Part shown: positions 19,587-29,520 of the stretch, one piece after another
Layout of the letters: each line of letters starts with the position of its first letter
Position numbering within the stretch: position 1 is the stretch's first letter
NCBI GenBank assembly: GCA_028717245.1
Contig: JAQUOD010000001.1
Location: 149,514 to 213,513, forward strand
Direction: 5' to 3'
Length of the DNA stretch: 64,000 nt
Origin: Candidatus Omnitrophota bacterium
Lineage (GTDB): Bacteria > Omnitrophota > Gorgyraeia > Gygaellales > Profunditerraquicolaceae
Program-made: the position numbers and the translations under genes
Notes under the pieces: generated by a model
The model's database searches: none
The model's input: only the letters and a program-made list of their open reading frames with translations
What the model was told of the DNA's origin: nothing

Positions 19587-21896
19587 TTATTCACCTTGCT
19601 TATAACCCCAGGCTACCCAACCCGCCGTAGCTTTAATCTTCGTTATTTGGATATTATAAAAATTAAATTCATCAAATATCCTATATAGCTCATCGCGGCT
19701 GAATCTGTGCTCTACCGGAGCGGAAAATCTATCGTAAATATCTCCCCTCAAAGAGAATAAGGAACGGCCGAAATTGAAGGGTATTTTTTCATAGAGCGTA
19801 TAAGTAATCCTGTATCTTTTAAAAAATCTAGCCGGATAGGAGAATATTATCACAAATACGGGGGATATCAAGCAGGAAAAAAGATAAAGTATACGCGGCG
19901 GAATCTTAAGGGTAAACTTGCGAATAATATTGATTAACTTAATGCCAAGGTATTTTATTAGATTTTGCGCATGGTCCTCATATAGATAGAGAAAACACGG
20001 GCTGCCTTTTTTCAATACCCTGCCTATTTCTAAAAAGGCCTTTTTATAATCAGGTATATGGTGCAGGACGCCAAAAGAATAAACAAAGTCGCAAACCCCG
20101 TTTCTTAAAGGAATGTCTACTGCGGACCCTTTTATAATATTAACGTTATTCAGCTTACGGCTAAGCTTCGCGGCAACGTAAACGCCATCACTGATATCCA
20201 TGCCAATAACATGCAACATAGGATTATTTTTGGCCATAGCGAATGCATCCCATCCGCATCCGCAACCAATTTCTAACCCGCATGAGCCTCTGGTTATTTT
20301 TTCCGGTATCGTTTCTTGCATGAAATCCAGATGGTATTTTTTTGGGGGCGGCATATTATCACAGGTTGACCATAAGAAACCATACCTGAAACCGGTGTCC
20401 TTGGTAATAACGCGGCTATCCTTTTTTGATTTTAGTTTATTTTGTAACTGTAATTTATACTTTATGAAATATTTGGGGTCATATATCAATTTCAGTAATA
20501 TTTTGTAAAACACCTTAAACGGATGTCTAATTAAATATCGCATCTGGATCATTAATCTCTGGCGCATGACAAGAGAATATAGTCCATCTGTAGAAAAATT
20601 TTCAGTTGAAAAACTTGGATAGTCTGCCTTAAGGTCTTTATAGTTAAATTCACTGGGAATTAATTTTTTCTCTTTGCATAATTCCAGTAACCGCGTCCCT
20701 GGCAAGGGGGTAGCAAAAAAGAAGTTAACATTATCTGCCTGGAGTTTTTTCGCAAGTTTAAAAGTATTATTAAGGTGTTCGCGCGTTTCTCCCGGTAACC
20801 CCACTACAAAAAAAACCGCTGTTTCTATCTTTAATTTCTCTGCCTTATTTATTATGGGCTTTACCTGAGAAAGCATCAGGGGTTTTTTGATTATATTTTT
20901 TAAAACATGCTCATCTCCGGATTCGATTCCGATGCTTATCCTATAACAACCGCTCTGCTTCATCAGTTCCAGCATTCCATCGTCTAACGTCTGAAGAGCC
21001 ACCCCGTTGGGTACGCTCCATAAGAGATTAAATCCCTGCCTTATCATTTCTTTAAATATGGATTCTGCCCGATTTTTATCGAGAGTGAGGTTGTCATCTT
21101 CAAAGAGAAGCTCTTTAACGCCGAATTTATGGAAAAGATAGCTTATTTCCGACACTACCTGTCCTGCCGACCTTTTTCTATAATTCCTTCCCCATAGGTT
21201 ATGGATAGAACAGAATATACATTCAAAGGGGCACCCACGAGAGGTAATCATGGGTAGAAAAGGTGTTTTTTTTGCCGGGCTGCCATGGGGATTGTTAATC
21301 CTGAAATATTCCTCTAAGGGGAATATTTCCCAGTAAGGAAACGGTAGGCTGTCTAGATTTTCCAGATAATTTATTCTTGGGTTAATCTTTACGGAATCGT
21401 TATACCTAAAGCCAATCCCTTCTATATCCCGGATAGACCTTTTATTCTGAAGATGCTCCAAGAGTACTTTCAGGGTTATCTCGCCTTCTCCGATAACTAT
21501 AAAATCTACATTTTCATCCCTTAGGACATCTGCGGGAACCGCAGAGCAGTGCGCCCCGCCTAAAATGGTCACAATCCTTTTATCTATTTCCTTAACTATT
21601 TTACATATCGCATGGACATTCTCTGATTGAGATGAAAATAAACAGGATATGCCCACGGCATCCGGAGAAAAGTCTTTTACTCTTTTACCGATATCTTCAA
21701 AGGATAATCCGTATCTTAAGCATTCCATATCCACGCTGGCTTCTTTCTCGTAACCTTCGGCTAATGCATCTAAAACCGCAACTTGATAAGCATCTTTTAA
21801 TACAGCAGCTAGATATGCAAGGCCAAGAGGCGGATGACATTTCTTGGCCTCAGTTTTAAAAATAGTAAAAGGCGGCTGAATTAATAATATTTTCAT
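19587..21896 (-). CDS. Fusion of a B12-binding radical SAM domain and a class I SAM methyltransferase with a C-terminal membrane segment (B12-rSAM paralog 2 of 6)
   Basis: The sequence has an N-terminal B12-like domain and the radical SAM motif GCPFECIFC. The class I motif GLEIGCGCGWDAF lies around aa 540. A hydrophobic helix sits near the C-terminus. The length is 769 aa. Confidence 0.8.
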   Translation of the reverse strand: MKILLIQPPFTIFKTEAKKCHPPLGLAYLAAVLKDAYQVAVLDALAEGYEKEASVDMECLRYGLSFEDIGKRVKDFSPDAVGISCLFSSQSENVHAICKIVKEIDKRIVTILGGAHCSAVPADVLRDENVDFIVIGEGEITLKVLLEHLQNKRSIRDIEGIGFRYNDSVKINPRINYLENLDSLPFPYWEIFPLEEYFRINNPHGSPAKKTPFLPMITSRGCPFECIFCSIHNLWGRNYRKRSAGQVVSEISYLFHKFGVKELLFEDDNLTLDKNRAESIFKEMIRQGFNLLWSVPNGVALQTLDDGMLELMKQSGCYRISIGIESGDEHVLKNIIKKPLMLSQVKPIINKAEKLKIETAVFFVVGLPGETREHLNNTFKLAKKLQADNVNFFFATPLPGTRLLELCKEKKLIPSEFNYKDLKADYPSFSTENFSTDGLYSLVMRQRLMIQMRYLIRHPFKVFYKILLKLIYDPKYFIKYKLQLQNKLKSKKDSRVITKDTGFRYGFLWSTCDNMPPPKKYHLDFMQETIPEKITRGSCGLEIGCGCGWDAFAMAKNNPMLHVIGMDISDGVYVAAKLSRKLNNVNIIKGSAVDIPLRNGVCDFVYSFGVLHHIPDYKKAFLEIGRVLKKGSPCFLYLYEDHAQNLIKYLGIKLINIIRKFTLKIPPRILYLFSCLISPVFVIIFSYPARFFKRYRITYTLYEKIPFNFGRSLFSLRGDIYDRFSAPVEHRFSRDELYRIFDEFNFYNIQITKIKATAGWVAWGYKQGE

Positions 21897-22816
21897 TATC
21901 TATACATAATACGTAATTTAAGTAATGCGGCTAAATACCCGATTACTGCTTTATAATTAAAAGGATATTCGCATATCGACTTCTTATACCATTCTTTACT
22001 TTCTTCAAAATTATTTTTATGATGGAATGCCCTTCCGGCAGCACACATAACCGAAGACCTGCGTTTTCTTATCCTCTCCAGAAGGTCTTTATCTTGATGG
22101 CCGAATTTGGAAAAATGCGAATCTAAAAGAGAAAGCATATTTAAGGCATTTACTTCTGTACTCCGTAAAAAAGCACCTGTTTCCGTCACCCTATAGTACC
22201 CCAATACATCGAGTATAAAATAGAACCGGAATCTCATAGCTAATCTCAACCAGTACTCGTAGTCTTCGATCGTAAAAAGATTCTTTTCTTCGCAAAACCT
22301 GAGGGCATCATCAAAAAAAATACTTCTGCGAATAACTACTGCGGAGGTATGCAAACAGTTACCGTCCAGTAAAAGCTTTTTGTACATCTGGTCTACATGC
22401 GGGCCGTAAGATGTGTATCTTAGGATTTTATTACCGTGTATTATAGCCTCATTATGACAAACTAAACCTACCTGCGGCATATCGTTTAATATCTGCCTGC
22501 ATTTATCCAGTTTATCCTTATGCCAAAAATCATCCCCGTCCAAAAGGGCTATATATCTGCCCTTAGATAGTGAAATTCCTTTATTCCTTGCGCATGCGGG
22601 CAGGCCGCTATTTTCCTGATAAAAATATTTAACCCTGCTATCGGGAAAGGATAATACGATTTCGTGAATATTATCGGTAGAACCGTCATCAAGCACTATT
22701 ATTTCAAAATCTTGATATGTCTGCTGTAAAACAGACTCTATGGCCATAGCGATGTATTTAGCATGATTGTATGCTACGATCACAACGCTAAATTCCGGAG
22801 TTTCTTTAGTTGCCAT
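21896..22816 (-). CDS. Glycosyltransferase family 2 (GT-A)
   Basis: The motifs FSVVIVAYNHAKYI...IIVLDDGSTD and LDGDDFW are present. The length is 306 aa. Confidence 0.8.
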   Translation of the reverse strand: MATKETPEFSVVIVAYNHAKYIAMAIESVLQQTYQDFEIIVLDDGSTDNIHEIVLSFPDSRVKYFYQENSGLPACARNKGISLSKGRYIALLDGDDFWHKDKLDKCRQILNDMPQVGLVCHNEAIIHGNKILRYTSYGPHVDQMYKKLLLDGNCLHTSAVVIRRSIFFDDALRFCEEKNLFTIEDYEYWLRLAMRFRFYFILDVLGYYRVTETGAFLRSTEVNALNMLSLLDSHFSKFGHQDKDLLERIRKRRSSVMCAAGRAFHHKNNFEESKEWYKKSICEYPFNYKAVIGYLAALLKLRIMYR

Positions 22817-23708
22817 CTCTTCTTAAACCCTTCATCCTGATAAGTCCATCCCTTAATCCTAAAGGAATAAATCCTAATTCTTTTTCTAATTTCAAAGTCA
22901 GATATGATGTGTTTTTGGGCCTGGGCGCTATATGGGGAAAAAAACTGCTATCTACCGGCCTGATTAAGTCTTTATCCAGGCCAAAAATATCTGCAATAAT
23001 TATCGCGTATTCGTAACGGTTGACTATATCTTTGCCTGCGATATGATAAATGCCATGCTTATCTTTATCTATAAGGGACAGGATAACGTCAGCGCAATGG
23101 TATGCCGAGAGAGGGTTCTCATACACATCATTTACCATATTCACCCTTTCTTTTTTATTCAGTTTGTCCAGAAGGAAAGTAACTAAATTTTTTCTCTCAT
23201 TAGGATTATTCCAGCCATACATCAATATCGGACGGACTATTATGTATTTATTAAAAGTTTCTCTTATTCTCTTCTCGCACTCTAATTTTATTCTCCCATA
23301 ATTATTTATAGGGTTAGGCTCATCTTCTTCTCTATAAGGGGCGTTTTCTCCGTCAAAGACTGCGTTGGTTGATACATATAATAACCGTGCACCAGTCTCT
23401 TTACATAATTCTATGATATTTTGAGTCCCGATAACATTAGAGCGATATGCCTCTTCGTAATGCTGCTGGCAAAAATCGACATCAGCTATGCCGGTAGTAT
23501 GAATAACAACTTCTATATTATTATTTTCATTAAATATTTTCTGCATAGCGTTTTTATCTTGAATATCAGAACAATAATACTTTAGATTTTTAGTGTTTGC
23601 CATCTTATATTTCCCCAGGTATATACCTGTTATATTATGAGAAAATACATTCATTTCTACGAGTGATTTACCTAATAAACCAGTTACGCCAGTTATTAAA
23701 ATATTCAT
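22806..23708 (-). CDS. SDR-family NAD(P)-dependent sugar reductase/epimerase (RmlD-like)
   Basis: The N-terminal motif ILITGVTGLLG is a Rossmann motif. The length is 300 aa, which is RmlD-sized. Confidence 0.6.
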   Translation of the reverse strand: MNILITGVTGLLGKSLVEMNVFSHNITGIYLGKYKMANTKNLKYYCSDIQDKNAMQKIFNENNNIEVVIHTTGIADVDFCQQHYEEAYRSNVIGTQNIIELCKETGARLLYVSTNAVFDGENAPYREEDEPNPINNYGRIKLECEKRIRETFNKYIIVRPILMYGWNNPNERKNLVTFLLDKLNKKERVNMVNDVYENPLSAYHCADVILSLIDKDKHGIYHIAGKDIVNRYEYAIIIADIFGLDKDLIRPVDSSFFPHIAPRPKNTSYLTLKLEKELGFIPLGLRDGLIRMKGLRRDGN

Positions 23709-25516
23709 TTTAAAAGAGATAACCAGGCCTCTTCCCTGGTTGGTTCAGTAATAATATCGCCTGCCGGAAACGAAATATCCCCGTTGAAATTTATCAAATC
23801 TAAGTCAATCTCTTGTTTCTCCGTTATTTTATACGGCTTAAGACCCAGATCTTCAAGAATATCCAAATCTATCAATTCAGTATCTATTTTATAAACAGGT
23901 ATCCCTTTATTTAAAGCTTCTAAGGCTGCGGTTGTTGAGGAGTAAACGACCACATCAATCTCTTTTAAAATTTCATCTAACGGGCTCAAATTAACTATTG
24001 CTGCCTTAGCCGCCTTTCTTATCGCCTTTCTTAATTTATTATTGAATAATTCTGGGCGGGGTTTAACATATAACTTAAAGCTATGATTTTTTGAAACCAC
24101 ATTTCCCAAGTAATAAATAAGTTCCAGGCTGCGGGAAAGAGGTACCTGTAAGATAAATAATACGTTCTTTTCTGATTGATTTCCTCTCTTGACAAAACCG
24201 TCTTTTTCCGTTTTCTTTGCATATCTAATTGAGCCGCCGTTTATTATTTTTGTTTCCTCAAAACCCGCCGAATTCAAAACCTTTTCATAATGGGAACTAT
24301 TTGTGATTATGTAGTCTGGACAGGGAGTAAATTTATATTCTTGCGGGCTTAAGAAATGGTTTATTTCCATTGAAGATAATGTTGAATGCTGGTAACCCGC
24401 GCTTACAATACTATGATTAGCATTCTGAATAGCCAGAAGAATCATTTTCTCCCAAGGCTGGTTCTCAAAGGGATAGGTAACAAGTTTAAGCTGCTTATTC
24501 TCGTTAAAATAATTTTTGTAAGCGTAATATAAACACAGCCTGACCCAAAAAGAAGTCGAAGCTGATTCCTGGAGATATTCTCTAAAGAATAATGTGCTGT
24601 AGTCAGTACTTTGTAAAATTTGCGCCCTTTTATCAGATGGCATAATGGGATGTGTGAAAATTGTTCTCAGCCAATCCCCTATCTTTAAATAAAAATTAGG
24701 CAAAAAATAATTTCCTTTCACCTTCAAGATTATATTTTCAAGAAGACCGGAAAAGTCAATCTGTGAGCCCATTATTACTTTATGACCTTTTTTTTCATAA
24801 ATATCCCCGATAAGCGCAAGTTTATAAATATCCCTGAAGGCGCCTTCTTTAAAAGAGCGCTTATCAAAAAAAGTAAATACCATTACTTCAGCAGCAGAAT
24901 CATTTATTGATTTAAGCCTTTTAAAGAATTTTATTTTCAGATATCCTTCAAACAAAAAAAGAATAATTTTACGCCACAAGAATAAAGCAGTAGCTAACCT
25001 GGCTTTTATCCGATAATAGATAATTGAAACTAACATCCTAAGACAGACCCCTTTTATAAGAACAGAATTTATCCCTGTTTTATGGACTCCTGTTTCCAAA
25101 AGCCGATGCAAATAGGGATCTTCAATTATCACCAATAATGGAATTGTACGTAAAGATTTATCAAGCGCCCAACCTTGTATCAGGTTAAAATAGCAGAACA
25201 AAAGAAAGAAATCGGTTTGAAACGGAGATTTAGAAGCGAGCCTCGCTGCCCACCAGCGCAAATCATCCTTATATTGCAGATTAATCTTAGCAATCCAATC
25301 TAAAAAAGGTTCCTTTAAATCACGCGATAATTTATATAATTCTTTGGCGTAGCAGTACCTTTTGGTTCTAGAAAATAGAGTTTCAATCTTCTGTTTGCGT
25401 TCAATGTCAATCCCAAAATAACACCATCTCCATTCAGCTCCAATGGGAAAATCTCTTGCGTAATTTATAATCTGCCCTGCAGAACCTATTACTATTTTTT
25501 TTGATGTATCATACAT
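23705..25516 (-). CDS. Orphan 603-aa protein with a TagB/TagF-like GT-B C-terminal donor-binding motif. It is a putative transferase for a CMP/CDP-activated donor.
   Basis: The C-terminal segment IDVVVYSSTTAALEALNKGIPVYKI resembles the D-x-[LI]-[IV]-T-D-Y-S-S...KP-[IV] signature of CDP-glycerol glycerophosphotransferases. It is paralogous in pattern to 53979-55856 and 55860-57695. Confidence 0.4.
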   Translation of the reverse strand: MYDTSKKIVIGSAGQIINYARDFPIGAEWRWCYFGIDIERKQKIETLFSRTKRYCYAKELYKLSRDLKEPFLDWIAKINLQYKDDLRWWAARLASKSPFQTDFFLLFCYFNLIQGWALDKSLRTIPLLVIIEDPYLHRLLETGVHKTGINSVLIKGVCLRMLVSIIYYRIKARLATALFLWRKIILFLFEGYLKIKFFKRLKSINDSAAEVMVFTFFDKRSFKEGAFRDIYKLALIGDIYEKKGHKVIMGSQIDFSGLLENIILKVKGNYFLPNFYLKIGDWLRTIFTHPIMPSDKRAQILQSTDYSTLFFREYLQESASTSFWVRLCLYYAYKNYFNENKQLKLVTYPFENQPWEKMILLAIQNANHSIVSAGYQHSTLSSMEINHFLSPQEYKFTPCPDYIITNSSHYEKVLNSAGFEETKIINGGSIRYAKKTEKDGFVKRGNQSEKNVLFILQVPLSRSLELIYYLGNVVSKNHSFKLYVKPRPELFNNKLRKAIRKAAKAAIVNLSPLDEILKEIDVVVYSSTTAALEALNKGIPVYKIDTELIDLDILEDLGLKPYKITEKQEIDLDLINFNGDISFPAGDIITEPTREEAWLSLLK

Positions 25517-25531
25517 ACTACAGTTTTTGGC

Positions 25532-26248
25532 TTATTTTTTTAAGTATTTTTTAATCCACTCTTCTGTTTTTTTAAAATCCTCTTCCTTATGGACATCACA
25601 ACATTCATCTATAATAAACGGTTTTATATTGTTACCCATAAAAGCCCAGGGCTGCTGGCCGTTTTTTGAAAATATTGTTTTTTTTACATTTAGTACCCAG
25701 AAATTATGACAGAGAAAATATGACGGTTCCAACTCTTGCCTGTTTGTAGATATCGTTTTATTCTTAAAATCAAAAAAAGGCTCCAAAAATCCCTTCTTAT
25801 TAATCCTTTTCGCCCTAAAAGGATGGCGATCTAAATCTAAACAAACAGGAACAACTGCAGAAACCGATTTATTTGTTAAGATTTCTTTAATACAAATATC
25901 TATCCATTCTGTCTTTATCACTGCGGAATTTGCCAAGAGCACAATTAAGATGTCCGGTTTAAGTTTATCTAGCCTTTCTATTTCTCTCAAGGCATGCCTT
26001 ATGGCTTCAACGTGTTTTGAATTGGGCCTCGCCAGATATTCCGGCCTTAATATTTTTTTATATCCTATCCTACCCACAATTTCCAAAATCTTCTCGCTGT
26101 CACTACTGGCATAAAAATAGGAAATATATTTTGAGCGCCTGGCTGCTCTAGCGGGATAGCTAACCAAAGGTTTATTAAAAAGGGGTAGAATATTTTTATC
26201 TGCCAAGGTACTGCTGGCTTTTCCTGTTAATAATGCTGTTATTTTCAT
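25532..26248 (-). CDS. Divergent cytidylyltransferase (CMP-ulosonate synthetase family, NeuA/KdsB-like)
   Basis: The N-terminus is ITALLTGKASSTLADKNILPLFNKPLVSY, which aligns with the IxARxxSxRxPxKNxxxxxGxPLI pattern of acylneuraminate cytidylyltransferases but is divergent. The length is 238 aa. Confidence 0.5.
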   Translation of the reverse strand: MKITALLTGKASSTLADKNILPLFNKPLVSYPARAARRSKYISYFYASSDSEKILEIVGRIGYKKILRPEYLARPNSKHVEAIRHALREIERLDKLKPDILIVLLANSAVIKTEWIDICIKEILTNKSVSAVVPVCLDLDRHPFRAKRINKKGFLEPFFDFKNKTISTNRQELEPSYFLCHNFWVLNVKKTIFSKNGQQPWAFMGNNIKPFIIDECCDVHKEEDFKKTEEWIKKYLKK

Positions 26249-26268
26249 CGCGGTCTCCTGATAAAACG

Positions 26269-26937
26269 CTAAATTTGGAGCTCCTTTTTAAAGAATAGAG
26301 AAATTAAGTCGCTGGCTATAGTCAGGTCTGTGATGTCTTTAATCTCCATAGAAGCCAGCATATCGATTTCGTATAAATACGGCCTTATGCCGAAGTAGTT
26401 TTTATATTTTATATATATATCCTTTCTGGCTATGAAACAACCGTTAGTAATTTTATAAACCGGTTTAAGAGAATTTCTGTTTACAACCTTAGTCATCTCG
26501 AAATTAAGGGCCTGGTTTTTAAAAATAATGTATTCCTGTAACCTGGAAACCGAAATGAGGCTGTCGTATCCTGAACCCAATTTTAAGAATTTCTTCAGCA
26601 TATTATTAAAATCAATTACGCTGACAAAAGGCGAAGTCACATGCGTCCAGATAATAATTTCTTTATCTATTTCCTTTACGCATTCGATAATAGCTTTTGA
26701 CATATCGATTTTATGCCTTTTGATTATATTAACACCATAGGCTTTAGCTATTTTCGCAATCTTAGACGAAGGGGTAGAGATAAAAATATTTTCTCCCCTG
26801 ATAAGGTTTTTCACCTGAGCAATCTTCCATTCCAATAAAGTTAAATCACCGAACCTGACTAAATCGCCGTCTTCGCTATACCTGTTTTTTTCTAAAGCCG
26901 GGATAACTACTGCTGCATTTTTATACATTTTAATCAC
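26269..26937 (-). CDS. Divergent cytidylyltransferase (CMP-ulosonate synthetase family-like)
   Basis: The sequence has AAVVIPALEKNRY...GDLTLLEWKI and an IIWTHVTSPF (QxTSP-like) motif. The length is 222 aa. Confidence 0.5.
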   Translation of the reverse strand: MIKMYKNAAVVIPALEKNRYSEDGDLVRFGDLTLLEWKIAQVKNLIRGENIFISTPSSKIAKIAKAYGVNIIKRHKIDMSKAIIECVKEIDKEIIIWTHVTSPFVSVIDFNNMLKKFLKLGSGYDSLISVSRLQEYIIFKNQALNFEMTKVVNRNSLKPVYKITNGCFIARKDIYIKYKNYFGIRPYLYEIDMLASMEIKDITDLTIASDLISLFFKKELQI

Positions 26938-27701
26938 AATCTCCTTTCCAACTGCGTAAGCCTGGCTATTTCTGCTTCTATAAACAGATCATTTATCTCT
27001 TTTTTCGAGAGTATATATAACTCTTCAAATTTTAAGGCCGCCCTTAAGGCATTGGGATTATTCAGTATTATCTGCGCGGGTAAAATTACTTTTCTCGTTT
27101 CGATCTTATCGAATAATCTAAGGATCTTCTTATGCTTCCTAAATATCTCCAGGCTCCTTGCGCTGATACCACCTCCGATGCATGCCTGTAAATTATAATG
27201 TTTGATCTTACGTCCGACATTTTCTAAAATATTAAGAATAAAATTAGTATCGGGATGAATATTTTCATCAAAATAAGACTCGCTTAAATCAGTCCGGCCT
27301 ATCGTAATACCGTCAATCTTATCCTTTGCGTATCCCAATATCTCATCAATTTGGTTTACGGCGCTTTTTGTTTCTATATTTAAAATTAGCTGCAGCTTTG
27401 TCTTTTTATAAATATTTTTAGATGCCTGGACAAATTTCCTGACCCCGAATTTGCTTTCTACCATAGGCGCGATCAAACCATCTACCCCGATATCCACTGA
27501 ATTTTTTATATCGGTTACCGCCTCCACTCCGCCGATTTTCAAGAATAATTTAACCCCTATCCTCGATGTCAATCTCCTTAACTTCACCGCATCCCTGAAT
27601 GAAGATCCTTCTGCTTCAAATTCCGCTTTAATTCCCTTAAGGCCGTATTGTTGTTTTAATTTTTCCAGCTGCTCAAATAATTTATTCTCCAGTCCGTACA
27701 T
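26934..27701 (-). CDS. HpcH/HpaI-family (class II, pyruvate-dependent) aldolase/lyase
   Basis: The motifs GVDGLIAPMVES, NIETKSAVNQIDEIL and DGITIGRTDLS match the conserved HpcH/HpaI/CitE blocks. The length is 255 aa. Confidence 0.65.
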   Translation of the reverse strand: MYGLENKLFEQLEKLKQQYGLKGIKAEFEAEGSSFRDAVKLRRLTSRIGVKLFLKIGGVEAVTDIKNSVDIGVDGLIAPMVESKFGVRKFVQASKNIYKKTKLQLILNIETKSAVNQIDEILGYAKDKIDGITIGRTDLSESYFDENIHPDTNFILNILENVGRKIKHYNLQACIGGGISARSLEIFRKHKKILRLFDKIETRKVILPAQIILNNPNALRAALKFEELYILSKKEINDLFIEAEIARLTQLERRL

Positions 27702-27702
27702 T

Positions 27703-28461
27703 TTAAGCTCCTAAGATTTTTTTTATTTTATAAATGGCTTCTTTTTCGCATTCCGAATTATTATCTGTTAACACGTATCCCCATCCAGCATGGATCCTTA
27801 CCAGACCCGTAATTCCGCCGCAAGAACATAAATGGTCTCTAGAGTCATCTATGATAAGGGACTTGCGCACCCGGTATTTATCTATTATAAATTTAACGAC
27901 CCCGCCCTTTGAATTGAACCTTTTGTAATATTTCCCGTCATATATATTATCGCTGGAAAAATTAACCTTATGGACTTTTAGCAGCTGTAAAACTGTATCC
28001 TTATCTTTTGTGGTGATAATAAAAAAAGGGGGCTTTGCCTCCTTAATTATTTCCGAAATCTTATATAAAAAATTATATGGGGTATTTAAAGAAAGCCAAA
28101 ATTTAGGGTATTTTACCCTGATATATCTTCTGGCTTTTAAAAAACGTTTTTCAAAAATCTGCTTTTCTAGAGAATCTATATTACAATGTAACCTAAAGTC
28201 CCGCGCAATATCAATGCTCCTATCTTCTGACTTTTTATCTATCGCTTTAAGTAAATCATAATAATCTGTGGCGCAATTGATAAGGAACCTGTATTTCTTG
28301 AAGATTTTAAAATGTTCGGATTCAAAGTTAATGCTACCGATAGAGCGTTTATTCGTAGTGGCAAGCGTACTTACGCAATAAGCCTCTTTTAGGGTATCGA
28401 AGAGTACTCCATCTAAGTCCAAAAAGATTGCCTTATCAATTACTTTGCTCTTATTTGCCAA
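27703..28461 (-). CDS. HAD-superfamily hydrolase (phosphatase-like)
   Basis: The N-terminal motif IFLDLDGVLFDT is HAD motif I (DxDGxL). The length is 252 aa. Confidence 0.6.
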   Translation of the reverse strand: MANKSKVIDKAIFLDLDGVLFDTLKEAYCVSTLATTNKRSIGSINFESEHFKIFKKYRFLINCATDYYDLLKAIDKKSEDRSIDIARDFRLHCNIDSLEKQIFEKRFLKARRYIRVKYPKFWLSLNTPYNFLYKISEIIKEAKPPFFIITTKDKDTVLQLLKVHKVNFSSDNIYDGKYYKRFNSKGGVVKFIIDKYRVRKSLIIDDSRDHLCSCGGITGLVRIHAGWGYVLTDNNSECEKEAIYKIKKILGA

Positions 28462-29520
28462 TTATCTTCTCCAGATTTTAATAAATGTTTGCCAAAATCG
28501 TTGCATATATGCTTTATTGCCGATGGTGACCCGAATATAGTCATTTAAAAAACCCTGTCTAAATCTGCCGTTTACCAGGATACCGTCCTTTGCCAGACTA
28601 TTTATAATCTCATCTACCCGCTTCCCGCACTTAATCAATATAAAGTTCGCATGCCCCCGGAGGTATTCTATTGCCTCTATGTCGAGTTTTTGTGCTAGAT
28701 ATTGTTTACCCTCATGCGCATCTTTAATTAAATCGTTAATAACGGCGGGGTTATCCAGCAGCTTTTGGCCAACTAATACCGCTAATCCATTTACGTCAAA
28801 AGTGGGCTTTACTTTTCTTAAATACTCTATTATTTTGTTTGATGCCGCGGCATAACCTAATCTTAGCGCAGCCATACCCAGTAGCTTAGAGAATGTCCTC
28901 AGCACAATAAGATTGGGATAAATTTTTACCTTTTCTATTACGGAATGAGGATAAAAATAAAAATATGCCTCATCCACCACTATAAGCACATCATTATTTG
29001 CTGCTTTTTTGATAATTTCAATTAAATCCCCTTTTTCTAAAACGCTTCCCGTAGGATTATTAGGGTTTACCACTACCGCAAGGCGTATGTCCCTGGAAAG
29101 CACATTCATGAATTCTTTAACGGGGAAAGACATATCGTTCTTATAATCTAATATTACGGGTTTAGCTTCAAACATCTGACAATATACCGGATACATGGCA
29201 AAGGTAGGATTGGTTAGTAAAACCCTGTCCCCCTTCGATACGTATGCATCAAAGATATATTTTATGGCTGCGTCTGAGCCATTTGTCAAACAGATATTTC
29301 CCGGTTTAAGGTTACTATGTTCGGCTACCTTCTTTTGCAGCAGCTTGTATTCAGGATAAGTAGATAGAGACCCAGGATCAACGCCGGAAAAAATCTTTTT
29401 TAAAAAAGTATCCGGCAGACCCGGAATTCCCTCGTTCATATCTAAATGCAAAAGTCCCTTGCGTCCTTCTTCTAATTTAGCCCTATATAGCCGCGCCAGA
29501 TGAAGCTTAGTTTTTATCAT
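28462..29520 (-). CDS. PLP-dependent aminotransferase class I/II (HisC/CobD-like)
   Basis: The motifs VVNPNNPTGSV and RTFSKLLGMAALRLGYAAA (PLP-lysine motif) are present. I move the start to the internal ATG at 29520 (MIKTKLHL...) because the track start at 29643 would overlap the upstream radical SAM gene by 137 nt. Confidence 0.8.
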   Translation of the reverse strand: MIKTKLHLARLYRAKLEEGRKGLLHLDMNEGIPGLPDTFLKKIFSGVDPGSLSTYPEYKLLQKKVAEHSNLKPGNICLTNGSDAAIKYIFDAYVSKGDRVLLTNPTFAMYPVYCQMFEAKPVILDYKNDMSFPVKEFMNVLSRDIRLAVVVNPNNPTGSVLEKGDLIEIIKKAANNDVLIVVDEAYFYFYPHSVIEKVKIYPNLIVLRTFSKLLGMAALRLGYAAASNKIIEYLRKVKPTFDVNGLAVLVGQKLLDNPAVINDLIKDAHEGKQYLAQKLDIEAIEYLRGHANFILIKCGKRVDEIINSLAKDGILVNGRFRQGFLNDYIRVTIGNKAYMQRFWQTFIKIWRR

